From the IMG/VR virus record IMGVR_UViG_3300036770_003943, positions 62,001-126,000 of that record: a stretch of 64,000 nucleotides of DNA. One strand, given 5' to 3'. The notes below the pieces were generated by a model that did no database searches, was not told where the DNA came from, and was given only the letters and a program-made list of their open reading frames with translations. Both the position numbers and the translations under genes were made by a program. Of this stretch, positions 56,590 to 64,000 are shown piece after piece. The first letter of the stretch is position 1, and the number at the start of each line of letters is the position of its first letter.

Positions 56590-58815
56590 TCAAGCTGAGC
56601 CTCTAATAGCAAGGTCTCTCATGTAACGATTATTATCAGATTGTATAGCAGTATTTCTTGCACCTATCATATTCCCATAACTCGACTCATCAGTTAAGTG
56701 GCTTAGGCCTTCATTCATTTTTTTCATTTCCTGTAGCATGGCTATCTGTGTGCTATTGCTAGAGTCCATGGCACTAGCCTGTTCTGTTTGTATTTCTTTA
56801 GCAGCTTCTCCTGGAAATAAAGTATCTTTGTTTTCATATAGTCCTTTCATTAAGCCTATTGCACCACCAATCGCTGCTCCGGCCGCAGTGCCAATACCAG
56901 GAATTATACTACCAATAGCAGCAAAATTAGCTGCGTAACTGGCTGTGGTTCCCAATGTACCTAATAAAGCACCGCCGGTGGTTTCTCGGCCCACGGCATT
57001 GGCACCCATATCTAAGCCCATACCTGCTACTGTACCTATTCCTGCCATAGCGCCTGCTCGAGCAGCACGCTGTCCTGCAGTCATTGGCGCTGGTGGACCC
57101 ATGCCTGGATTACGGGGAGGCTGATTGGCCATTCTATTAAGCGATGCTGCTGTATTCCAAACTGCTCTTTCTAATTCTGTGAATGAACCTTTTAGCTTGG
57201 TTGACGTGAATACTAAAAGATTCCAAATTCCTATACCGCCCGCAATTACAGCACCTATACCTAATAGGCCTCCAATTATTTTTCCGCCAGCACCTCTTAT
57301 TTCTTCAGCAAATGGTATGAGATTTAAAAAGCTGTCAATGCCTTGACCTATATAGTCAAACAGTGTATTGAAAGCATCAATCACTGTACTAATAACAGTA
57401 ATAAAAGTACCCCAATTAACCTGATTCAACAAGCGTAGAATAGGAATCGCAAGTGCTTGGACATTGGCCTGTAATTCTCTCACTGCTGCGTTAAACTGTT
57501 GAGCTGTTTTATCCTGTTCTCTACGTCGAGCTCCTTCTTCTGTATTGTAAAATTCTGCTTCATTGGCTAATTCTAATATCTGCTTGGCACTGTCTCCAAC
57601 TGCGCCCCCTAACAGAGCAAAGGCATTGAGTTCCTGGCTACGTGATTTGGCTTCTTTGATAATTAAATTTCTAAGTCTTTCTCTGTCTGCTTCTGTGGCT
57701 GTTTCTCCTCTAGCAGCATTTTGTGCTTGACGTTCTAATTCACTGTAGATACTACTACTAGCCAAAGCAAGATTTTTTCCCGTCTGTGATATCACCATGG
57801 GAAGGCCACTCAAAGCAGACTGTAAAGCATCTTTAGCTAGCTGATCTCCTCTTTCGCCAAATATGCCTCGCAGATTAGCGGCAAATACCTGTACTGATTT
57901 GCTAATTTCTTCGCCACCCTGTCGAGCTGATCGAACAAAGTTAGCTACTATAGGATCTTGTGCTAGTTTAGCCGCTGCTTCAGTTAGTTCTAGGACGCTT
58001 TTACCAGTACGATTGGCAAGATTATCAATTTCTTCTGCTAGAACTCTTGTATTTCTTATAACCAAATCCTGCGCTTGTCTTCCCTTGAATCCTTGTGTTA
58101 CTGCTACCTTAACCTGCTGTGCGGTTAAACTAGCCAACTGCTCGTTGTTCAAACCTAGGTTTCCAAATTCAGCTGTACTAGTGCGAACATTTCTAATCAA
58201 ATTAGCAAACTGTTTGGCACCATCTGTAGCACCCATGCCCAACGAAGCAAAGCCGCCAGCTGAATCTTTCAGTGCTGAAGAAAAGTCTTTGATACTAAGA
58301 CCTGCTGTTTTAGCAGCGATAGCGAAATCAAAGATATTACCACTTATACCACGCTGTAGTCCTGATGTAAGAGTATCTGCATAGCCGATCAAACCACCAA
58401 TAACAGCACCAACACCAATAGCTAGTCTAGTGCTAAGGCCTTCTACGCTGTACAGGGCTTGACCAAAATTACCGCGTATTAAAGGTTGAAATACTGCGTT
58501 TAATTTATATAAGTTTTTGCTAAAATCTCTGTTTTGATCATTAAGTTCACGCTGCTGCTCCAACGCTGTTCTTAGTTCATCGGTATTTTCTTCAACAACT
58601 TTTTGCTGCTCTTCCTGTACCCGTTTGAATTCTTTAGCTCTACGTAAGGCCGAACTACCTGATTCTCCTGGAGCCTGTATCCCGGCTCGGCCAAGGCTAG
58701 CACTAATTGAACTTATCAATCGATCCATTTGACGGCTAGTAGCTAGTCCATCGAATGTGATTTCAAATAAGGATCCGTCAGGTAAGGTTCCGTAACCTTT
58801 TGATATCTCAGCCAT
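56590..58815 (-). CDS. tape-measure-like protein (741 aa)
   Basis: Ala/Gly/Gln/Leu-rich helical sequence with hydrophobic Gly-rich stretches; adjacent to baseplate hub genes. Confidence 0.65.
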   Translation of the reverse strand: MAEISKGYGTLPDGSLFEITFDGLATSRQMDRLISSISASLGRAGIQAPGESGSSALRRAKEFKRVQEEQQKVVEENTDELRTALEQQRELNDQNRDFSKNLYKLNAVFQPLIRGNFGQALYSVEGLSTRLAIGVGAVIGGLIGYADTLTSGLQRGISGNIFDFAIAAKTAGLSIKDFSSALKDSAGGFASLGMGATDGAKQFANLIRNVRTSTAEFGNLGLNNEQLASLTAQQVKVAVTQGFKGRQAQDLVIRNTRVLAEEIDNLANRTGKSVLELTEAAAKLAQDPIVANFVRSARQGGEEISKSVQVFAANLRGIFGERGDQLAKDALQSALSGLPMVISQTGKNLALASSSIYSELERQAQNAARGETATEADRERLRNLIIKEAKSRSQELNAFALLGGAVGDSAKQILELANEAEFYNTEEGARRREQDKTAQQFNAAVRELQANVQALAIPILRLLNQVNWGTFITVISTVIDAFNTLFDYIGQGIDSFLNLIPFAEEIRGAGGKIIGGLLGIGAVIAGGIGIWNLLVFTSTKLKGSFTELERAVWNTAASLNRMANQPPRNPGMGPPAPMTAGQRAARAGAMAGIGTVAGMGLDMGANAVGRETTGGALLGTLGTTASYAANFAAIGSIIPGIGTAAGAAIGGAIGLMKGLYENKDTLFPGEAAKEIQTEQASAMDSSNSTQIAMLQEMKKMNEGLSHLTDESSYGNMIGARNTAIQSDNNRYMRDLAIRGSA

Positions 58816-58825
58816 TATATACGCA

Positions 58826-58833
58826 TATAAATA
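58826..58833 (+). promoter_or_regulatory. late promoter TATAAATA for hub genes
   Basis: Perfect T4 consensus upstream of RBS GGAG and ATG 58872. Confidence 0.75.
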
Positions 58834-58846
58834 TAAGAGTAGTCTC

Positions 58847-58859
58847 TATTTAATATTTA
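58847..58859 (-). promoter_or_regulatory. two tandem TAAATA late-promoter cores for the tape-measure-like gene
   Basis: tattta at 58847-58852 and 58854-58859. Confidence 0.55.
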
Positions 58860-58871
58860 GTTGGAGAAAAA

Positions 58872-59714
58872 ATGGAAAATCAAAGCAACCCGTTAAAAAA
58901 TTATTTTAGAAAACCGGGTATATGGATCAAGTTACCTAGTCTAGGAAAGTTTTATAAAGACAAGCCGTTGGAGTTAAATGAAATGGGGGAAGTACCTGTC
59001 TACCCAATGACAGCAAAAGATGAACTCTTAATGAAAAATGCCGATGCTCTATTAAATGGCACAGCAGTAACACAGCTTATTCGAAGTTGCGTTCCTTGTA
59101 TACAAGACCCAGAAAGTATGCCCAGTATTGATCTTGATGCTCTGTTATTAGCCATACGTAGATCTACTTACGGAGAAAACATGGATGTTAGCACCCAACA
59201 TGACTGTCAAGCTAATGCTACCACTGATTCAACACTTAATTTAAATGCTTTTATCAGCACAATCAAAACCATAGACAGTTTCGATCCAGTAGAATTAGAA
59301 AACAAAATTAAAGTATTCGTAAAACCTGTCAGTGTAAAACAATTATTACAGTTGAATTGGATTCAGTACGAACAGATTAGAAATCTACAAATAGCTGAAC
59401 AACAGAATCTCGACGAAAAATCAAAAGTGAATATTTTACAAAACAGTTATATTTTGCTGACACAGACTAATTTGGAAATCATAAGCCAGTGTATCGAAAC
59501 TGTACTACTTCCAGACAGTATCACAGTAACTGATCCAGGATCGATACTTGAATGGGTTCAAGATCTTGATAGCCCTACATTTAAATTAATTGAAAACGCA
59601 GTAATGTCTTTGGGCAGCAAAGGAGTTGAAAAGAAGTTCCAAGTAACCTGTAGTAAGTGTAACAAAAACTATGAAACCGAACTGAATTTAAACCCAACAA
59701 CTTTTTTCGGATAA
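58872..59714 (+). CDS. gp26: baseplate hub subunit/assembly protein (gp26-like)
   Basis: NPLKNYFRKP.I.IKLPS.G.FY, PMTAKDELL, ID.DALLLAIRR.TYG, CxxC near C-terminus, NPTTFFG. Confidence 0.75.
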   Translation: MENQSNPLKNYFRKPGIWIKLPSLGKFYKDKPLELNEMGEVPVYPMTAKDELLMKNADALLNGTAVTQLIRSCVPCIQDPESMPSIDLDALLLAIRRSTYGENMDVSTQHDCQANATTDSTLNLNAFISTIKTIDSFDPVELENKIKVFVKPVSVKQLLQLNWIQYEQIRNLQIAEQQNLDEKSKVNILQNSYILLTQTNLEIISQCIETVLLPDSITVTDPGSILEWVQDLDSPTFKLIENAVMSLGSKGVEKKFQVTCSKCNKNYETELNLNPTTFFG

Positions 59715-59719
59715 GGCTT

Positions 59720-59953
59720 TTGTCCCTACGTTCGGGGCCTGAAATTCTAAAGTTACTAGATAATTTAGAAAAAGAGACAAAAGCCATCATTGAAGATATA
59801 GCTACTATGGCCGTATACAGTGGACAAAGTTATCATGAATTATGGCACTTAACCAACGACGAACGCAGAATATTCCTTAAGATATTACAGAGCAAAATTA
59901 GTCTAGAAAGAGGCATAAAACCCAAAGACGTTATTACCCAGGAATTACGTTAA
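59720..59953 (+). CDS. small baseplate-hub-associated protein (gp51-like by position; TTG start)
   Basis: 77-aa ORF coupled to the gp26-like gene; YHELWHL...ER.IFL. Confidence 0.55.
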   Translation: MSLRSGPEILKLLDNLEKETKAIIEDIATMAVYSGQSYHELWHLTNDERRIFLKILQSKISLERGIKPKDVITQELR

Positions 59954-59960
59954 AGTTTTA

Positions 59961-60034
59961 AGTTGTTCATAGAACAACTAAGAATCGTGTTTTATTCACT
60001 TCGGCTCTAAAACACGATTCTTTTTATTCTTTCT
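59961..60034 (+). terminator. tandem hairpins/terminator for the plus-strand hub operon
   Basis: AGTTGTTC-ATA-GAACAACT (59961-59979); perfect 15-bp stem AAGAATCGTGTTTTA/TAAAACACGATTCTT (59980-60022) followed by a T-rich run. Confidence 0.75.
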
Positions 60035-60060
60035 TTACTGTCGAACACTTTAGTTTAGAG

Positions 60061-60465
60061 GTATAGCTTGCCAAGGTTTTGAAGTCGTACTTTGCCCTGT
60101 TAGGGGCAAAAGTAAAAAAATAACTTGCCGGAGGCCCATTATCGTAATCTATCGCTGCAACTTTTAAAGTAAGGGCGGTTACGCTGTACCCTTTTACGCA
60201 GTCCTTATAATAACGCAGAATCAAACCAGCTGATAGATGAACCAGTTTGCTCATGTGGGTTAGAATGACTCACTAGTGCCCACTCTTTTTTGACTATACA
60301 TACACTTGCCAGCGTCTTTCAAGTCTAACGCTTCGTCCCGTCATCAACGGGATAGTGGCAATCATGTCTCCGCTACCGCTCGGAATTTCCTACCCTGCGA
60401 CATCACCAGGGATTCGGGCACCTTAATCAACTTGCCGGTGCGGGCATTATCGGTAGTGCTTGGAC
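60061..60465 (-). ncRNA. candidate large structured non-coding RNA (or origin-like DNA element); family unassigned, strand inferred
   Basis: No credible ORF; 54% GC by hand count over 60301-60460; at least 6 hairpins; bipartite direct repeat near both ends. Confidence 0.5.
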
Positions 60466-60894
60466 CTAGATTTTGCCAATAATATGGGAGCCGTGAACTC
60501 TTAGATTAATAATGTTGTTATAGTAGTCGGGAGATTCTAATACACGTCTGTTGAATTGTTCTTTTGCTTCGAGATATGAGCAGACTGCTTTGCTAGAGCC
60601 ATAATAGAGTATTTCGCGGATAAATTTGTCGGGACCTAGGGCAGCAACGTCCTTTTTTAGTTCTTCGCTGCTGCCCCAATATTCTTGCCAATCGCTGTCT
60701 ATTTTAGATTTTATACGTTTGCGTTTTTTAGTGCCGTTTTTGAGTTTTATAGTTTTGTAAGTTGTTTTAGAGAATTTTGCCAGTTTTTTGCCAATATACA
60801 TACGGCCTGTGATCGTATTGGTAATACAATAAACATATCCAACACAGTCGTTGGGAAGTTGTTCTACTAGTTTACCTTCAAATACCCATGTCAT
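60466..60894 (-). CDS. short single-domain GIY-YIG family endonuclease
   Basis: GYVYCITN..TGRMYIGKK, YWGSS, F.REIL, YLE, YYN. Confidence 0.85.
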   Translation of the reverse strand: MTWVFEGKLVEQLPNDCVGYVYCITNTITGRMYIGKKLAKFSKTTYKTIKLKNGTKKRKRIKSKIDSDWQEYWGSSEELKKDVAALGPDKFIREILYYGSSKAVCSYLEAKEQFNRRVLESPDYYNNIINLRVHGSHIIGKI

Positions 60895-61094
60895 TTAACT
60901 GACATAGCTGCCTTTTCCTCAGTAATCTCTTTACGTCGAGCCTTAACTAATTTGGCAACTTCCTGTAATGCTTTACGAGCTCTACCCGCAGCCGCCTTTA
61001 CTTTTTTATCAGTAAATTTTTGATTTTCTTCAATGTATACTTGAAATTGTCGTACTAATTCTTCTTGAGTGTTTACTGGTGTTTGTTCTGTCAT
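60891..61094 (-). CDS. histone H1-like (Hc1-like) small basic DNA-binding protein
   Basis: KF.DKKVKAAAGRARKALQEVAKLVKARRKEI. Confidence 0.7.
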   Translation of the reverse strand: MTEQTPVNTQEELVRQFQVYIEENQKFTDKKVKAAAGRARKALQEVAKLVKARRKEITEEKAAMSVK

Positions 61095-61095
61095 A

Positions 61096-62871
61096 TTATG
61101 CCTCTATCATTTCAATATCAGTATTATAGGTAGTAAATCCATTTTCTTTTACTACCTGTAGTATGCTATTTACTCGTCCTATCAGTTCATCTCGGTGACT
61201 AATTAAGAAAATATTCTTTCTACTTTCCCGACTCATTTTCTTTAGCAAGCCCAGAGCATTCTCTACTCCAGAAGAATCCAACCCGCTGTCAATCATCTCA
61301 TCAATGAACAGCAGGTTAATAGGATGGTTTAGACTTTCATATACATCTCTAAATGCCCAGCTTAGGCCTAGAATAAGTCGATTACGTTCGCCCCTGCTAA
61401 GATTGTCGAAATCAAACTCTTGTCCTAGCTGAGTAATATCTACTTCTAGATCACTACGAAATTTAACCTCGTGCGGTAATGCTAGTTTCTCTAAGTAGTA
61501 GGCTAGTCTGTGGTTAAGGTAACTAAGATTTTGTTCAATGATACGTTTTCGAATAAAACTGTCTTTGTTGGTTAAGAGTTTTAATAGAAACTCTTGGTGC
61601 TCATTTAGCTTAGTTAACGCATTAATGCTCTCGAAATTAATTTCTTCAAGGGCCGTTGTTTGAAGGCTTTCAATTTGTTCTATATAAGGATCCAAGTCTA
61701 GCATTCTACGTTCGAACTGATCCTGTGCTGTTTCTAAAGTACTTTTATGGTTGACTGCGTCATCGATGTTTGGATATTTGACCTTAGGACCAGAACCTAA
61801 TTTGCCTATCTCTTTGATGCGGTCATCTAATTGTAGCAGCAGTCGTTCTTCGGTGCCTAATTCTTTTTCTAAATCATGTATGGCAGATTTTATTTCATAG
61901 GTCATTTCTTGCTGTTGACTATCATGTAGTTCATGACCACAAGCATGACATTTGTGATCCTCAGCCTTGGATAATGCTCGTTGTAAGTCTGCGATATTTT
62001 GATTTAGCTTCCTACAATTGCTAGTATGCTGCGCTAGATCCTTATTATACTGCTTTAGTTCTTTTTCAGTTTGTTGCCATTTAGTTAATAGCTTATGATT
62101 TTCAAGTTCTTGTTGAATGTCGATGTTTAATAGTTCGTTTATAGTAGCTTCAAGTTTTTCAATATCTTCTTCCTGTTTGGCCTGCCAAAGACGACTACGA
62201 CGTTCGAGATCCTCAATAGATTTTTTAACTTTATTGTTTGCATCTGTTACTGCCTTTATTCGATATTCTTCTTCTTTAATTTGATCTTTGGTATTTTTGA
62301 TTAGTTCTTTCAATAGGTCAGCCTTTTGACTTAACTGTGTTATACCTAAGAGTTGTTCAATAATGCTACGTTGATCATTTGTTTTTAGACTTAAAAAAGG
62401 TTCAGTGTAGGTATTAAGAGCACAGATGTGCTTGAACATGTCATGACCTACTCCTAGTAAACGCTCAATTTCAGCCTGAGTTTCTCTATTTTCTCCCTGC
62501 TGTTCCTCGGTTTCTTCTTTATTGTATTCTTTATTATCCATAATAAAACGTAATACATTAGGTTTGCGTCCACGTTCTATTTTGTAGCTATGACCATTTG
62601 ATTCTAGTTCACAGGTAACTAACATGTTTTTATTATTGGTCTTATTAATGAGATTATCTTTTTTAATGTTAGTCAAGGCGTTGCCATATAGTACATAGCT
62701 AAGAGCATTTACTATAGTAGTTTTGCCTGTGCCATTGCGACTACCATCTCCACCTAGGTCGAGATTATTGCCTAACACCAATGTTAGGCCGCTTTGATCA
62801 AACTTCAAAGCCTGGGTTACATTGCCCACAGAAAGAAAGTTACGTACTGTTAAGTTTTTTATACGGATCAT
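61096..62871 (-). CDS. gp46: recombination endonuclease ATPase subunit (gp46/SbcC/Rad50-like; likely start MIRIKNL at 62871)
   Basis: Walker A NGTGKTT, zinc hook CHAC, signature LSRGERNR, Walker B LFIDE, H-loop ISH. Confidence 0.93.
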   Translation of the reverse strand: MIRIKNLTVRNFLSVGNVTQALKFDQSGLTLVLGNNLDLGGDGSRNGTGKTTIVNALSYVLYGNALTNIKKDNLINKTNNKNMLVTCELESNGHSYKIERGRKPNVLRFIMDNKEYNKEETEEQQGENRETQAEIERLLGVGHDMFKHICALNTYTEPFLSLKTNDQRSIIEQLLGITQLSQKADLLKELIKNTKDQIKEEEYRIKAVTDANNKVKKSIEDLERRSRLWQAKQEEDIEKLEATINELLNIDIQQELENHKLLTKWQQTEKELKQYNKDLAQHTSNCRKLNQNIADLQRALSKAEDHKCHACGHELHDSQQQEMTYEIKSAIHDLEKELGTEERLLLQLDDRIKEIGKLGSGPKVKYPNIDDAVNHKSTLETAQDQFERRMLDLDPYIEQIESLQTTALEEINFESINALTKLNEHQEFLLKLLTNKDSFIRKRIIEQNLSYLNHRLAYYLEKLALPHEVKFRSDLEVDITQLGQEFDFDNLSRGERNRLILGLSWAFRDVYESLNHPINLLFIDEMIDSGLDSSGVENALGLLKKMSRESRKNIFLISHRDELIGRVNSILQVVKENGFTTYNTDIEMIEA

Positions 62872-62878
62872 AATTTTA

Positions 62879-63898
62879 TTATACAGTAAGACTGTTGTAA
62901 ATGTCAACGAGAATTTGACGATCGACTACATCGCTTTCGATAGAACTTAGTTGTTTTATGACTATTTGATCTACACTTTCAAAATGTATATCACCGCTCC
63001 AATCTTGTGCGTGTTCTTCTTGTTTGGATGGGATCAAACTGAGTTCTCGGAGATTAAATGTTTCCTGCCAAGTTTCTTTTAAAAAGTTAGCTTCTTCAAA
63101 ACTAATATCAGCGTCACAGGTTACACGAAGAAAAGTATTTTTATTCATATAACGATCAGGGTCTTCGATCAATTTTGTTAGATTAATTGTTTTAAAACTA
63201 GGAGCATCAGGCCATGCTATGTATTCGGGTTCTTTATCCCATTCAAATATCATCATACCACGATTGTCATCCCACGCATCGGCATAATTATGGGGGAAAG
63301 CATTGCCTATATAGTGAACATTGCCTCTCTGCTGCCTTAGGTGAAAGTGTCCACTGAATACATATTCTTGATTAGGAAAATGATTAGAATTTAGGCCACC
63401 ATGATCAGGCATTTCTACCATGGCATTCATTTTAAAACTAGGTAGTTCAAAGTGTCCAAAAACATAACGACTGTCTAGTCGAGACATTTTAGTCCATTCA
63501 TCGCTTACAAGCCAAGGAACAAGACTAACCCCACCTTCAGAGTAGATTTCGTTTACCAAAACTACGTTATTTAAATGTCTAATAAACGGTAAACTATTTA
63601 AATCACGACGTTCTCGATAGTATAAGTCATGGTTACCAGGAATGAAAAAGAAACGCTCGAAGTGTTGACTAATATACTCTATGGCGTTAACAGTGTAATT
63701 CAGTGTACTGACGTTGACAGTGGCACGATGGTGATGCCAATCCCCTTGAAATATAGCAGTGTCGCAATCATGTTTATTAGCAGTTTCACAGAACCATTTA
63801 ACGAACTCCATACAGTCGTCGTTATGTGCTTTACTGTTTTGACGCATGCCAAAATGTATATCTGTAAATACTGCAGCTCGTTTAAACAATTGACTCAT
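62879..63898 (-). CDS. gp47: recombination endonuclease nuclease subunit (gp47/SbcD/Mre11-like)
   Basis: Phosphoesterase motifs TDIHFG, GDWHH, GNHD, SGHFH. Confidence 0.93.
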   Translation of the reverse strand: MSQLFKRAAVFTDIHFGMRQNSKAHNDDCMEFVKWFCETANKHDCDTAIFQGDWHHHRATVNVSTLNYTVNAIEYISQHFERFFFIPGNHDLYYRERRDLNSLPFIRHLNNVVLVNEIYSEGGVSLVPWLVSDEWTKMSRLDSRYVFGHFELPSFKMNAMVEMPDHGGLNSNHFPNQEYVFSGHFHLRQQRGNVHYIGNAFPHNYADAWDDNRGMMIFEWDKEPEYIAWPDAPSFKTINLTKLIEDPDRYMNKNTFLRVTCDADISFEEANFLKETWQETFNLRELSLIPSKQEEHAQDWSGDIHFESVDQIVIKQLSSIESDVVDRQILVDIYNSLTV

Positions 63899-64000
63899 CA
63901 ATAATCCTCTGTCTTTAGATTGGCTATACGTTCTCTTTCGTCACGCATCATGGCTTCGTGTTCGAATTGACGAGTAAAGCTGGGGTTGCTTCCTAGTTCA
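63898..64000 (-). CDS. partial CDS (C-terminus), probably the late-transcription sigma factor (gp55-like)
   Basis: Frame reads ELGSNPSFTRQFEHEAMMRDERERIANLKTEDY*; TGA overlaps the gp47 ATG; 55-47-46 order is typical of T4-like phages. Confidence 0.4.
   Translation of the reverse strand, partial: ELGSNPSFTRQFEHEAMMRDERERIANLKTEDY

Noticed and set aside
60024-60254. 76-aa minus-strand ORF in the structured region
   Set aside because: No RBS or recognisable motif, and it runs through strong hairpins; probably incidental, though not excluded
60301-60360. Hammerhead-like TGATGA...GAA motif
   Set aside because: TGATGA lies in a hairpin loop/stem (TCCCGT-TGATG-ACGGGA); the CUGANGA/GAAA core geometry is not met
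1-64000. Stop-codon reassignment, introns, inteins or tRNAs
   Set aside because: Core genes are full-length under the standard code with no insertions evident; no cloverleaf seen in the short spacers

Overview
This window is part of a large T4-like (gp20/21/22/23-type) myovirus genome, almost all on the minus strand. From right to left it holds: the end of a probable late sigma factor (gp55-like), gp47/gp46 nuclease, an Hc1-like histone-like protein, a short single-domain GIY-YIG nuclease, and a ~500-nt GC-rich structured non-coding region. Next come two plus-strand baseplate-hub genes, a tape-measure-like gene, and the head module (portal, core, protease, scaffold, major capsid). The remaining ~50 kb is a fibre/adhesin region: six fibres sharing a 34-aa repeat module, a LamG lectin, three giant mosaic RCC1-repeat paralogues, glycine-rich gp38-like adhesins, a subtilase, and a modification cluster (GT9-like, sulfotransferase, methyltransferase, APS-kinase/nucleotidyltransferase fusion, 2OG oxygenases, GT2). 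T4-type late promoters (NTAAATA) precede most structural genes. The best leads are: (1) the structured non-coding element directly downstream of the GIY-YIG gene, bracketed by a bipartite direct repeat; (2) a recurring design in which a late promoter sits inside an RBS-occluding hairpin; (3) a repeat-rich GC-rich leader before the longest fibre; (4) RCC1 paralogues with constant scaffolds and variable patches; (5) a possible PAPS-supply plus sulfation cassette. All product calls are motif-based by eye; no database searches were run.
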